DNA of 64,000 bases, from NCBI GenBank assembly GCA_964016885.1, contig OZ024743.1:331638001-331702000 (forward strand), given 5' to 3'. Position 1 is the first letter of the stretch; each line of letters opens with the position of its first letter. Made by a program: the position numbers and the translations under genes. Positions 1 through 13,312 of the stretch are shown here, one piece after another. This stretch comes from Eledone cirrhosa. Lineage: Eukaryota. The notes beneath the pieces are model-generated. The model was not told the DNA's origin. It worked only from the letters and a program-made list of their open reading frames with translations, and ran no database searches.

Positions 1-426
1 GTGGTTAGAGCTGATCTCAAAAGCCTGAACCTTACAAAAGAAATGGCAGAATAATGGTAGAAAAATAAGGAGGCTGTGCTGGAAAGGACAAGTCTAACCC
101 ATGCAATCAGATGTAACCCATGCAATCAGATGTAACCCATGCAATCAGATGTAAGAGGATGATAATATATCCTCATCATCATCACTGTTTAACGTCCATT
201 TTTCCGCGCTAGCATGGGTTAGACAGGTTTTCCTGTCTGAGGCAAGTTGGGTCCAGTGACCTCGTCTTGCTCACACAGAACTGTTTCCTGCTTGGTTTCT
301 ACAGCTGGATGCCCTTCCTAATGTCAACCACATATATATATATAAATATATAATATAAGGACAAGTGGTTACTCCATTATGTTTATTGGATATACATATA
401 TGTTTGTCTGCATGTTTGTGTGTATG

Positions 427-460
<34 letters not shown>

Positions 461-586
461 TACATACATACATACAAACAAATATGTGTGTGTATGCATG
501 TGTGTAAGTATGAGTGATATATATATATATATATATATATATACTCACTCATACATACACAAATGATTCTAAGGACATAATTTATA

Positions 587-623
<37 letters not shown>

Positions 624-897
624 AACATAAATGTGCATATGTGCATGTATGAGAGTTGGTATATGCATCTATATGCGCGTGTGTGTGTGTATGTGTAATC
701 TGTAGATGGCAGTAATATTTCACTATCACTATACATGACAGAATGATATTCATTTTATGAATGAATTCTTTAATTCTATTTGATAGTTGCAGCTGTGTGT
801 GTATATGTGTGTGTATGTATATTATGTGTGTGTGTTTATATATATATATTTATACATATACACATATATACATATACACACATTAGAGTTGTATGTG

Positions 898-943
<46 letters not shown>

Positions 944-1166
944 CCTCCAATAGCTGTAAGATATATGCATATGTTCATGCATCTGAGAGTTGCATACATA
1001 TATACATACATATGCATGTACATATGTAAACACACACAAGGAAATATTTATATATATGCCTTCATCAAGTACTTTTGCCATTTGTAGAATAAAAAAAAAA
1101 TATATATATATATATATATACATATAAAGTCTCCTTTGCTTTGTTATTTCTGTTTGCCTTTTGTGT

Positions 1167-1203
<37 letters not shown>

Positions 1204-1541
1204 GACACACACACACACACACACATATGTGTTTACAGTTGTTGTTCACATCATATTTCCTAACTTAATCTAATGCAATGTGTCAGTACTGTAGAGAAGT
1301 ATCTGTGGAAGACATTTTATATAAGCAAATTTCATCATATTGTTTACTTAAGTGGTACATAGTGTAAATGTGTGTATGCATGTGATTGCACATGAGTGTG
1401 CGTGTGCGCTCTTGTGTGTATGTGTGTGTCTGCAAGAAATTCCATTCAGTACATGTGTATGTAACTTTGAACAAGCTAATTGAAAGTTAGTTTTTCTGTA
1501 ATATATATGCATATATAAGTGCATAAATATACTTATATCAT

Positions 1542-1606
<65 letters not shown>

Positions 1607-1756
1607 TACATCTCATCATCATCATCGTTTAACGTTTAATGTCTAATGTCTATCTTCCATGCTAGCATGGGTTAGATGGATCTATACATATACATATAGG
1701 TACATATACATATATATATATACATCTATATATACATATATATATATATATACATA

Positions 1757-1948
1757 TCAGGATTAAACCACCATTGAACTAGTTAGACCATTATTCAACA
1801 GAGGACTCAATACTTGGGATAGTAGAGTGTGACTATATTAGAAAGAGGCAGAGCCCGACGGCTGAGTTCTTGCCATTTCCACAGCTAATTCCAGACCGGA
1901 ATTAGCTGTGGAAATGGCAAAAACTCAGCCGTCGGGCTCTGACTCTTT
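1757..1948 (-). mobile_element. Penelope-like element terminal remnant with about 51-bp fold-back inverted repeat (1842-1948)
   Basis: Near-perfect palindrome aaagaggcagagcccgacggctgagtt...aactcagccgtcgggctctgactcttt. The flank (accattattcaacagaggactcaatacttgggatagtagagtg) resembles the reverse complement of the 32745-32953 element. Abuts a (TA)n tract. Confidence 0.55.
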
Positions 1949-2195
1949 AAAACACACCTACCTACCTACCTACCTACCTACCTACCTACCTACCTACCTA
2001 CCTACCTCCCACCATCACCACCACCACCACTAACCATACATTTGTCCATGTAAATAGTTATTTCTCCAAAGTTACTCGTATTTAATTCTATGTTCTGAAC
2101 ATTTATGTACATCATCATCATTGTTTTAACATCGGCTTTTCCTGCTAGTAAGGGTTGGATGGGTCCATACAGACCATGTCAGTACTGAAGTAATT

Positions 2196-4300
2196 ATCAT
2201 CATCATCATCATCACCGTTTTACGTCCGTTCTTCCATGCTAGCATGGGTTAGACGGGTTGTCCTGTTGTGGGCAGTGTCTGGTCGGCTGACCATGCCTTG
2301 CTCATACAGGAACTCATTTTGGCTTGATTTCTACAGCTGGATGCCCTTCCTAACACCAACCTCATTTACAGTGAGTGCTGGGTGCTTTTTCCGTGATGGC
2401 TACACGTCCACTTTACAGTGTGGGCTGGGTGCTTTTTTGCCGTGGCACCTCCACGACCACCTTGCAGTGGGCGGGTGTGGGGGCATATTGTCTATATGCT
2501 TCAGCTTGTACCCATGGGAGGTCGGGTACTCTGTATTACTGCGTGACGCCAGAGGTCACGGTCATGTGTCATCGCCTTTGAGAGGTGTAATTGGGTAAGG
2601 TCGGCTTTTATCACCTCATCCCAGGTCTTCTTGGGTCTCCCCACTCCGCGGTTTCCATTGACTTCTAGTGCTCTGCACCTTTTTATGCAGCTGTCATCCT
2701 TATACGCATCACATGTCCATACCAACGCAACCGCCTCTCCTGCACACAGCATTTGATTCCTCTTATGCTCAGCCTCTCTCTCAATTCATTTATGCTTTGT
2801 CGTTCGCGTATATTACTATTACACATCCATCAGAGCATGCAGGCTTCGTTTCTTTCTAATCTACGTAAGTCTTCCACCTTCAGCGCCCAGGTCTCACTAC
2901 CATGTAACATTGCTGTTCCGATACACGCATCATTTTGAGGGAGAAGCCTTTTGCAGCTAGCAGTGGTAGTAGTTCCCTGAACTTCTTCCATCCCATTCTT
3001 ACCTAGTTAATGTACTTTCTGAACACCCACCTCTGCTGTTAATTCGGTCACCTAGGTAGCAAAAGCTGTCTACTGTTTCTACAGAGCCCTCCCAGAGATT
3101 GGTGGTACTTGTTTCCTGTGGCTGTTTGCTGCTTGCTGTCCCAGCACAGCTGCTGCATGTGAAGCCTACATTCTTAATTAAGCTTCCTGAGATCCCGCTA
3201 CATCTCTTGTGTACCCATTGTTTGCATTTGGAGCAGAGAATGGAGTTCCTACCTACACCTTTCCTACATACTGAGCAAGGCCATTTCCCTGAGGGGACCT
3301 GGGTTCTGTTTTCTCGTTTACTTACAAGGACCTTAGTCTTTGTCATGTTGACTTTGAGACCCTTTCTTTCTAGTCCCTGCTTCCAAGTTTGGAATTTATT
3401 CTCTAGTTCTACCATAGATTCAGCTATAAGTGCGAGGTCATCAGCATACAGGAGTTCCCATGGGCATCCGGTCTTAAACTCCTCTGTTATTGCCTGCAGG
3501 ACTATGATGAACAGGAGAGGGCTAAGAACAGAGCCCTGGTGGACCCCAACCTGTACGCTAAATTCCTTGCTATACTCATTGCTAATCCTAACTTTGCTGA
3601 CTGCTCCTCTATACATTGCTTGTACAGCTTTCATAAGCCATTCATCTACTCCTAGTTTTCTAAGAGCCCACCAGATTACAGCACGTGGAACTCTGTCAAA
3701 GGCTTTCTCAAGATCGACGAATGCCAGGTAGAGTGGCTTACTTTTAGCTAGGTACTTTTCCTGTAACTGCCTCGCAAGGAAGAGGGCATCAGTGGTGCCT
3801 CTCCCTGGTACAAACCCAAATTGCATCTCATCTAGTTTCACCTGGTCCCTAATCAACTGTGCTATAACTCTTTCTGTTACTTTCATGACCTGGTCCATCA
3901 GCTTTATACCTCTATAGTTTCCTCTATCTAGTGCATCACCTTTACCTTTGTAGCAGTTGACAATGATGCTACTGCACCAATCGTTTGGTATGACACCTTC
4001 TAGTATTACCTGGTTAACAATATGTGTGGTTATAGTGTGACCTACAGACCCAGATGCCTTCAGCATCTCGGCAGCTATACCCGATGGACCGGTTACCTTC
4101 CCCATCTTCATATCTTTGATTGCCTTACTTACTACGCTGTTGCTGACTTGTACTGCTGGCCCCTCTATAGGGTCTACTTGGGGTAGGGTCTCTTCCCATG
4201 CATTCTCCTCATTTAGTAATCTATCATAATGACTCTTCCATGCATCTTTCTTCTCAGCACTTGTGAGGCCAAGCTCACCTTTATCATTCCGGATACACTT
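2196..4300 (-). mobile_element. RTE-clade LINE, 5'-truncated and decayed, with 3' UTR and (GAT)n tail
   Basis: RT ORF at 2999-4111 is followed by broken C-terminal pieces (2501-2938, [15 protein letters not shown]). The 3' UTR ends in acgtaaaacggt(gat)n and is shared with 27645-28072 and with SINE tails. Confidence 0.9.
2999..4111 (-). pseudogene. RTE LINE reverse transcriptase fragment with C4HC3 (PHD-like) zinc finger
   Basis: Motifs YRGIKL, QFGFVPGRGTTD, FVDLEKAFDRVP, GVHQGSVLSPLLF, LLYADD, then CSVC-CSKC-HKRC-CSSC and FCYLG. Premature stop and deletion downstream. Confidence 0.9.
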
Positions 4301-5209
4301 CTCTCCAATGACATCACAATTCTCTCTTATATCCTAGAAATAAATTATCAAAATATCACCCCTACCTTCCATGTATCAATAATTGACATAAACTATTGGG
4401 TTCCTCTTATGCAAACCATTAATTTATCAAAACACAAATTTCCAGTATGTATGATTGTTAATATATCCAGTAATCCTGGTATATATAACATACTAATCCT
4501 GGACTACAAAGATTAAACATGTACAATACTATTGCAATCAATATTATTAGCAAGGATCCACTAGTCACATATTGATGATGGTGGTGGTGGCGGTGGTGAT
4601 GGTGGTGGTGATGATGATGATAGTGATATTTTCTTCCATATTACATTGTTTCCAGATATTTTTATAGAATTTCTCCATAGATTAGATAGATCTACAAATA
4701 TACATATTTGCATGAATATGAAGTAATGTAGTAGATCTGCCTTCCCATGTGCATCAATTGAAGCATACATCTAGTATGCATCTCCTAACCACTATCCTTC
4801 CTCCCCCTTCCACACACTTCCCATGCCCTAATATGCCACCCCCATTCTCATCACACCATTTTTCTCCAATGCCTTTACACCCCTGACCCAGGCCACACTG
4901 TCAAGTGGTCATGTTGCTATCACAACAAAAAGAACCCAGTACATACTGTAAATGTGTTTGGCATTAGGAAGGGCAGCCAGCCATAGAAACCAACTTGCCT
5001 CAAATGGGACAACCTATCTAACCCATGGTAGCATGGAAAATAGACGTTAAAAAGTGATGATGATGATTATGATAAAATGATGGAACATGTACTCTATAAC
5101 TGGGTATATATTTACCACTAATCACACTACTATGAGATAGAACTGTTACCTATATCTTGATACTTTAACTCTTAACATCCCATAATGATTTAACAGAAGT
5201 TATCTAAAA

Positions 5210-6000
5210 ACAGGTTTGTTAATTCAAATGTTTATAGTACCATCACTAATAGAAAAATTGTGAAAATTTGCAGTAAACTAAAGTAAAAGTGATACAGTCA
5301 TATTGTTTTTTTAATAATTTTCAAGAATGTCTTGCTAATGTGGTTTCACATGGTTTGTTAATTCAAATGTTTATAGTATCATTACTAACAGAAAAATTGC
5401 TGTAAATATTTGCAGTAAACTTTGTGGTTTGTAGTGTTGGTAGCAGCATTGGCAATACTCTTGATGTCTCACTGCTATCGTGATTACTAATGTTATTTTT
5501 CCAATTCAAGAAAGTGTTTAAATATAAGTTTGAAAGCCAAGGCAATGGAGAGGATTTCCAGCTAGATCCTGTCAACAAAATCTCCATATGGTTTAAATAC
5601 ACAGCAGCTCTCCAATATCCAAATGGCTAAATGTCAGCAGATGGGGAGCCCGGAGTCATGTCCTGGATGCAGCCTGGCCGCCCTTAGAGTGTCAGAAGTT
5701 AAGGGCTGAAACACTCGCTTCAGAGGGGTTTCTTCTCTGAAGACCTTCTGCTGTCCAACTCTCCTGAGAGTTTGATGTAATGCAGCCATAGTGTCCTTTC
5801 ATAATTGTCAAGAATGTCTTGTGTCTTGCTAATGTGATTTTTACATGGTTTGTTAATTCAAATAATTATAATATCTTTACTAGTAGACAGACTGTTGTAA
5901 AAATATTCAGTAAACCAAAATAAAGACTAACTTTTAATGTGATGCAATTGTATTGGTGTTTTGTACTTATCAAGAATGTCTTGCTAATGTGGTGTCATGT
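5210..6000. repeat. Degenerate local repeat (caagaatgtcttgctaatgtgg...ggtttgttaattcaaa), 3-4 partial copies
   Basis: Related blocks near 5213, 5322, 5808 and 5971. Confidence 0.55.
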
Positions 6001-6244
6001 GGTACAGGACAGTATTTCCACAATAAAACCGTAATGGTAACACAATTAGAACACTGAAATTTATATGATCCTTTGTTCAATTTTACCACAGTACCAGAAT
6101 TTTACTCAACAACAGAACAGCATTAATAAGCACAACAACAACTATCTTTTCAATGACATTGAACATTATTTGGAAGACTATTATTGTTGTTATCATGGAT
6201 TGGTAGTACTGCTAGAACCTTGGACAATATGCTTCATAGCATAG

Positions 6245-6529
6245 AGTTACATCCCATGCGAATGGGCCTACTCTGAGCATGCACCTGTAGGCTGGTTGAT
6301 TTGAAGAGGAGCGGGGGTGCCCTCCCCAGGTACTCTTGAAGTGTCAGGTGCTTCAGGACTGGTGGGGTTCCTGCATCACCCCTGGGTGGTTCTCCCCTCT
6401 ATTGGGGAATACTGTTGTATTTTCATTGTTTATTGTTGTACTCGATTTATTGTAAACCCCCCACACACACACACACTGTACCGGTCTTTTTGTATTGTCC
6501 CCTATATGTAGGCCTTTGTGGCCAATAAA
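6245..6529 (+). mobile_element. Tx1/L1-type LINE 3' end remnant (copy 1)
   Basis: Encodes NGPTLSMHL*, matching the C-terminus NGPTLSIYL* of the 61841-63925 ORF. 3' UTR ends ctttgtggccaataaa then (att)n. Confidence 0.75.
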
Positions 6530-6580
6530 TAATTATTATTATTAGTAGTATTATAATTGTTGTTATTACAACAATTATTA

Positions 6581-6935
6581 TGTGAAAGAGGTTGGGGAGG
6601 GAAGTGTTGCATTCCAGCCAGTTTGTTGAAAGGTGGGTGAGAGAAAGAATGGCCTGCATGAATGGGCCTGCCCTCAGCGTGCGCATGTAGTATTGAAGGA
6701 GGACATCCGGGAGAGGACGTTTTCCCTAGTGGACAGGATGACCGTGACTTTTTGTGGGCTTTCTCCATGAGTAACCCTCGGTGGTTTCCCGCCCCCACCC
6801 ATTGGGGAATTTTTTTCTATTTCTTTGTTACATCTTTTGTTATTGTGTTCTTTTTTTACACACAGAAACCCTCATTTGTACCGTCCTGTGCTGTCCGTAA
6901 TGTTTTCCTTTCTGTAAACCCTTGTGGTTAATAAA
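6581..6935 (+). mobile_element. Tx1/L1-type LINE 3' end remnant (copy 2)
   Basis: Encodes EVLHSSQFVERWVRERMACMNGPALSVRM*, homologous to EVLSSQHFVERWVTEARMARVNGPTLSIYL*. 3' end aaacccttgtggttaataaa is identical to that of the 61581 copy. (att)n-rich tracts on both sides. Confidence 0.8.
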
Positions 6936-7517
6936 TTATTATTAAAACTATTATTATATAATAATTATTATTGTTATTGTTATTAATATTCTTATTATTA
7001 TTTCTATTATTATTATCATTATTATTGCTATTAATATTATTATTATGTTATTTAAGGAAGTAAAAGTTATAAAAATATATCCATTGGAAATATGGTAGAT
7101 AGGATTATAAACCCAATGTAATGAAAGATGTTTCAGTAACATTTTAACAGTGTGACTATAAAATTGTTTTCAGAAGTGAGCACTTATTTGATTAAAGAGC
7201 ATTTTAAAGTATTTGTTAGCATCAGTGTCCATCCATCTAACTCACAGTCCATTAAATTCAGCAACAAAAAGCCAGCACTGTGGCAATTAAAACAAATATT
7301 TTACTAGTTTACTAGTTCTTATTTCACATCATCAGCAAATTTAATTTTCAAACTTCATATAGTTTTTCATATAAAAATACACTGCATACATGCCATAAAT
7401 AATAATACCTTATATATACGTTTTATATTTGTATATACCTCACCTACATACACACATACACACACATGTATATCATGATCATCATTTTACATCAATTTTT
7501 CCATGCTTGCGTGGGTT

Positions 7518-7863
7518 CATCATCATCATCATCATTTCATTTTACGTCCGCTTTTCCCTGCTTGCAAGGGTGGGACGGGAACTGATTCTGGCTTGATTTC
7601 TACAGCTGGATGCCCTTCCTAACACCAACCTCATTTACAGTGAGTGCTGGGTGCTTTTTTTGCCGTGGCACCTCCACGACCACTTTGCAGTGGAATGATA
7701 TGGACCCCAGTCCCTATCATCTCATTTCTACAGCTGAGTAAACTGGAGCAATGTGAAATAAAGTGTCTTGCTCAAGGAAGCAACACATCAACCAGTCTGA
7801 GAATTGAACTCACAACCTTTCGATTGCAAGGCCAATGCTCTAACCACTAAGCCATGTGCCTCC
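7518..7863 (-). mobile_element. tRNA-derived SINE with CORE-like domain and RTE-derived 3' tail, full length
   Basis: Reverse complement of the 60242-60575 copy: A box TGGCTTAGTGG, B box GTGAGTTCAATTC, cttgagcaagacacttt central domain, (gat)n tail. Confidence 0.85.
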
Positions 7864-8104
7864 ATGGACGGGTTTATTTCTAAGCACAGCTTCCCACCAC
7901 CTCTTGCATTCCTTTACCATCTCCTCTGCAAGATTTGGTGATTCATGATCAGATCTCACCACATCTGCTCAGATTAAGTGAGAAGAATAGAGTCAGTGAC
8001 CAATGTTGTAAAAAGAAATACCAAAGCACACTTTAGAAAAAGTATAAATATTTTTCCAATGTTTTGTATCTAAATCCTAAATTTTATTCAAAAGAAGCAA
8101 TAAA

Positions 8105-8300
8105 AGTATTGCTTTCTAATTAATGCAAAAGGCCAGAAATCTGGAGTGGAGGTAGACACAGAGAAAACTGATTGTTTTATCTACTCCAGAAGGATGAAAG
8201 ATAAAGTTGACGTCAATAGGATTTGAACTCAGGAAGTAAAGACCTAAGAGAACTACCACAACGCATTTTATCTGATGTTCTACCAATTCTGCCAATCTGC
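8105..8300 (-). mobile_element. Degenerate Nin-domain SINE
   Basis: Minus strand reads ctgagttcaaatcc...aactttatctttcatccttctggagtagataaaa, as in the 37344 copy. Confidence 0.5.
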
Positions 8301-8321
8301 TGTCCTGAGTTATTTATACAT

Positions 8322-8685
8322 ATTGGTCTTATTTAGAGATAGACTAGTCTTATTTAAAGATAGACTAGTCTTATTTAAAGATTGACTGGTCTTATATAGA
8401 GACAGACTGGTCTTATATAGAGACAAACTGGTCTTATATAGAGACAAACTGGTCTTATATAAACAAACTGGTCTTATATAGAGACAAACTGGTCTTATTT
8501 GGAGACACTGATCTTACTTAGAAATAGACTGGTCTTATTTAGAGATAGACTGGACTTATTTAGAGACATGTTGGTCTTATATAGTGACAGACTGGTCTTA
8601 TTAAGAGACAGACTAGTCTTATTAAGAGACAGACTGGTCTTATTTAGAGACAAACTGGTCTTATTTAGATATAGACTGGTTATGA
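8322..8685. repeat. 21-bp minisatellite (ctggtcttatttagagacaga), about 17 copies
   Basis: Direct tandem repetition visible in the sequence. Confidence 0.9.
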
Positions 8686-8850
8686 TAGATGATTAAAAAA
8701 AAAACCGAAGAAACATTGACGAACCTTCATCCCAAAGAGCTGGAGAAGTGGAATCGGTGTCGCCATTAATGGAGTCTTTTTATCTCATTATGTCCAACAG
8801 AACCTCACTAATGACAACTCATTAGGTTAACATTGACAGATAATAATAAT

Positions 8851-8883
<33 letters not shown>

Positions 8884-9194
8884 TGTTGATTTCTGATTGA
8901 GAGAGAATAATAGATGATGTTGCTGTTGTCATTGTTGTCTCTCTCGGTTTGGCTTCGGTTCCGTGAACTAAGAAGCAGCAGCAGTAATATCAACCAATCC
9001 AGCACTGCCCTACCCTCACCACTAGCCTCTCCCTCATTGTATTATAGCACCACATTGTTAATTGAACCACTTATGAATAGAAGGCAATGAAAGGAAGTTG
9101 CAAAGATAGCAATCTGGAATATGTAAGGTGCGGGGAGCAGGGGACAAACTTCAATGGGGATTGTAGGATGTAGTTGTGATAAGGAGCAATGTAA

Positions 9195-10890
9195 TTGTGG
9201 TGATGGTGGTGGTGGTGGTGTGTGGTGGTGGTGATGGTGGTGGTGGTGGTGTGTGGTGGTGGTGATGGTGGTGGTGGTGGTGGTGATGGTGGTGTGTGAT
9301 GGCGGTGATGGTGGTGTGTGATGGCAGTGGTGTGTGATGGCGGTGATGGTGGTGTGTGGTGGTGGTGGTGTGTGGTAGTGGTGGTGGTGGTGGTGGTGTG
9401 TGGTGGTGTGTGATGGTGGTGGTGTGTGATGGTGGGGGGGATGGTGGTGGTGATGGTGGTGGTGATGGTGGTGATGGTGGTGGTGATGGTGGTGATGGTG
9501 GTGGTGATGGTGGTGGTGGTGGTGGTGTGTGGTAGTGGCGATGGTGGTGTGTGGTAGTGGTGGTGGTGATGGTGGTGGTGTGTGATGGCGGTGGTGGTGT
9601 GTGATGGCAGTGGTGGCAGTGGTGGTGATGGTGGTGTGTGGTGGTGGTGGTGGTGTGTGGTGGTGGTGGTGGTGTGTGATGGCGGTGGTGGTGGTGATGG
9701 TGGTGCTGGTGGTGGTGGTGTGTGATGGCAGTGATGGTGGTGGTGTGTGGTGGTGGTGGTGGTGTTGGTGGTAGGGGTGGTGGTGTGTGGTGGTGGTGGT
9801 GATGGTGTGTGATGGCAGTAGTGGTGGTGATGGTGGTGTGTGGTGGTGGTGATGGTGGTGGTGGTGTGTGGTATTGGTGGTGGTGGTGGTGGTGATGATG
9901 GTGGTGTGTGGTGGTGTGTGGTGGTGATGGCAGTGGTGATGGTGGTGGTCGTGGTGGTATGTGATGGTGGTGGTGGTGGTGTGTGATGATGGTGATGGTG
10001 GTGGTGTGTGATGATGGTGATGGTGGTGTGTAGTGGTGGTGGTGTGTGGTGGTGGTGGTGTGTGGTGGTGGTGGTGTGTGTTGGTGGTGTGTGATGGTGG
10101 TGGTGGTGTGTGATGGTCATGGTGGTGATGGCAGTGATGGTGGTGGTGGTATGTGATGGTGGTGGTGGTGTGTGTGGTGGTGGTGGCGTGTGGTGCTGGT
10201 GTGTGATGGTCATGGTGGTGATGGCAGTGGTGGTGGTGGTATGTGATGGTGGTGGTGGTGGTGTGTGATGATGGTGGTGGTGTGATGGTGGCGGTGGTGG
10301 TGTGCGATGATGGTGGTGGTGGTGGTAGTGGTGTGTGGTGGTGTGTGATGGTGGTGGTGTGCGAAGGTCATGGCAGTGGTGCTGGTGGTGTGTGATGATG
10401 GCAGTGCTGGTGGTCATTGTAGTGGTAGTGGTGGGGTGTGATGGTGATGGTAGTGGTGGTGATGGTGCTAGTGGTGGTGTGTGATGGTGGTGGTGATGGT
10501 GCTAGTGGTGGTGTGTGATGGTTTTGGTGGTGGTGGTGGTAGTGGTTGTGATGGTTTTGGTGGTGGTGGTGGTAGTGGTTGTGATGGTGATGGTGGTTGT
10601 GGTGCTGGGAGTGGTGATCATAGTGGTGATATGCTGGTGGTGGTGACGGTCATGATGGTGGTGATGTGCTGGTGGTGGGTGTGTGGTGGTGATGACAGTG
10701 GTAATGTGGGGGTACGCTGGTCTGGTCGCTGTGGAGATAGGAGAGGTAGTGATGGTGGTGATGGGGGTGGTGGTGCTGGGAGTGGTGGTGCTGGGAGTGG
10801 TGGTGATGGTGGTGGTGGTGGTGGTGGTGGTGGTGGTGGTGGTGGTGGTAGTGCTAACAATAATGGTAGTGTTGATTGTGGTGGTGATGG
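9195..10890. repeat. (GGT)n/(GAT)n-rich low-complexity tract
   Basis: About 1.7 kb of ggt/gat/gt units. It gives spurious His/Thr/Pro ORFs. Confidence 0.95.
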
Positions 10891-11491
10891 TGACATGTGT
10901 GTGTATGTGATGATGTGTATGCGTGATGATATGTGTGTGTGAGATGGTGAGTTATTGATCTGTTCTAAGCCACTCCACACACTGAAGTAGTGAGAGGAGG
11001 GAGGGAGAGAGAGAGTGTGTGTATGCGTGTGTATACAATTACTGATGGTAATCGTCATCATTCAATTCTAGGTTCTGCTTCACTTACTAACAAGTCTGTT
11101 TGTGTAGAATTACTTATGTCATCTATTACTGAGGCTGGTAAGTAGTCCATCTGTTAATATATAGTTAGTACTTCACACATTACTGATACATAACTCAGTG
11201 TTCATATATACACACTGTCCACATACATACACCATCATTGGTACAGACATGTGCTGCAGATGGATGATGATAGCTGAGTGAAAGAAGTACCAGTGGAAGG
11301 TAGCCACTATAGAGGTAGATGAAGGAAGATCTGGGCAGAGGTGATGAGAGCTGATCTCAAATCAGTGAGACTTACAGAGGAGATGAAGCAACACAATGAG
11401 TAGAAAGATGCTGTGCTGAAAAAGACCTGTTCAACCCATGCAAGCATGGAAAAGAGGATGTAAAAACAATGATGATTTTATATATATGTAT

Positions 11492-11527
<36 letters not shown>

Positions 11528-11528
11528 C

Positions 11529-11746
11529 GTCAGTCGATCGACTTTCGTCAAATTGGACCGAGGAAACAATGTTTCCATGGGTCTTTCCAATTGCTAATAC
11601 TATCTATCAGTCACAACTCCAGGTAAAGGAGCAACGTGAAATAAAGTGTCTTGCTCAAGGACACAACGCATCGCCCGATCTGCGAATCAAACTCACAACC
11701 TCACGATTGCAAATCCAATTCTCTAACCACTCAGCCACGGGCCTTC
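11529..11746 (-). mobile_element. tRNA/CORE-type SINE variant with alternative 3' tail
   Basis: Same head (gtgtcttgctcaaggacac...tctaaccactcagccac) as the 7518 copy, but the tail (gatcgactttcgtcaaattggaccgagg) is shared with 24313-24493. Confidence 0.75.
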
Positions 11747-11756
11747 ACACACATAT

Positions 11757-11813
<57 letters not shown>

Positions 11814-12295
11814 TATATATATATCATCATCATCATTTACCGTCCATCTTCGATGCTAAAATGGGTTAGATAAGGTTGTCCCTTTTAGAGGCAAGTTGGG
11901 TCAGGTGACCGTGTCTCGCTCATATACGACTGTTTCTGGCTGGTTTTCTATGGGTGGATGCCATTCCTAGCGCCAACCACATTTACAGTGTCTGCTCAGT
12001 GCTTTTTACCGTGTCTTTTACACAACCACTTTACAGTGTGTACTGGGTGCATTTTGTTGTGACGCCTACACAACCACTTTACAGTGTGGGCTGGATGCTT
12101 TTTGTTGTGACGCCTACACAACCACTTTACAGTGTGGGCTGGGCACTTTTTGCCATGTCACCATCACGACTACTTTACAGTGTGGGCTGGGGACATCACT
12201 GGATGCATTTACTTTGGCTAGTCCTCGTGGGGGTGTATGGGAGGGTGGTTGGGGCATACTTTATGTATGCTTCAGCGTGTGCTCATGCACATACA

Positions 12296-13296
12296 TACAA
12301 TATATACTCAAATATAAGAACTCCCTATTTTATGCCTGAGAAATGGGCAAAAATTGAAACCCTTGTGTATAAAACAAGGTAGCTTATCAACGTATTAGGT
12401 TTAGATGGCGTGGTTTTGACATTCTCTTGAATGGAGAATATATTTATGAATTTTTAATATTTTGATATTTAAAATGTTTTAAGTGTCATTTAGAGTATAG
12501 TTTTTGTTTCACAACTCCACCATGTAATGATTTTTATTACTATTTCATCTGTTTTCAACAAGTTTCTGAAATTTTTCTTTACTTCCAGTCAATCACATGC
12601 TGGGAGTACTTTGCCCTTTTTTTAGCAGCCAACAACAGTGGATCTCCTAAATGTAACAGATTTTTACTTAATATACACATCAAATGAAATGCATGCCTTA
12701 AAAATCTTGGAATCCATTTAATGTTGTACAAATATTAAAGCTTTTGGTAGATTTTTACAATTATGCGTCCTCACTTAGTTGACTAAACAAATACTTTCTA
12801 AACGTTTTGAAGGTCATGTTCATTCAAAACACATAAAAAATATTAGGAAAAAACAAATTTCACCTCCAAAATGAAACCAGTGTAATATTCACCACTGAAG
12901 TGAAACAGGTGTAATATTCACCTCCAAACCCAAGAACTCCAATGATACCCCCAACCCTGTTGTTAACTAAAATCAAATAATGTGGGTGTGTGTGTGTGTG
13001 TGTGTGTATGTGTGTGACTGTGTGCATGTGCATACATGTGTGTAAGGGATATTTATGTATTAAAAGGGTCAAATTATATAAATTTGTTGGGAATGTTCTC
13101 AATGGAATACGTAAATAACACCCATGACGATGTAGTAAATGTAGAAAAACAGTGTTTCATTGAAAAATGATCCCTCCAAATATTTTAGCCTCTTAGTTAC
13201 ATAGAATTTTAAATTGGTGTGAAATATAAGCAGACCCACATTTTACCACTCAGTTTTTGTCACATATTTCTTGGATTATATACAAGTGTATACAAT
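12296..13296. mobile_element. Degenerate non-autonomous Tc1/mariner-pogo type element
   Basis: Imperfect terminal inverted repeats tacaatatatactcaaatataag...ttatatacaagtgtatacaata, resembling the taccgtatatactcgagtataag class of termini. No coding capacity. Confidence 0.4.
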
Positions 13297-13312
13297 ATAT
13301 ATATATATATAT

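Noticed and set aside
6134-6192. miR-7-like sequence tggaagactattattgttgtt in an imperfect hairpin
   Set aside because: Only the first 10 nt match, it lies on the 3' arm whereas miR-7 is a 5' arm product, and pairing depends on low-complexity aac/gtt runs.
9071-11061. His/Thr/Pro-rich extensin-like or Gly-rich ORFs
   Set aside because: They are products of a (GGT)n tract with no consistent frame or splice structure.
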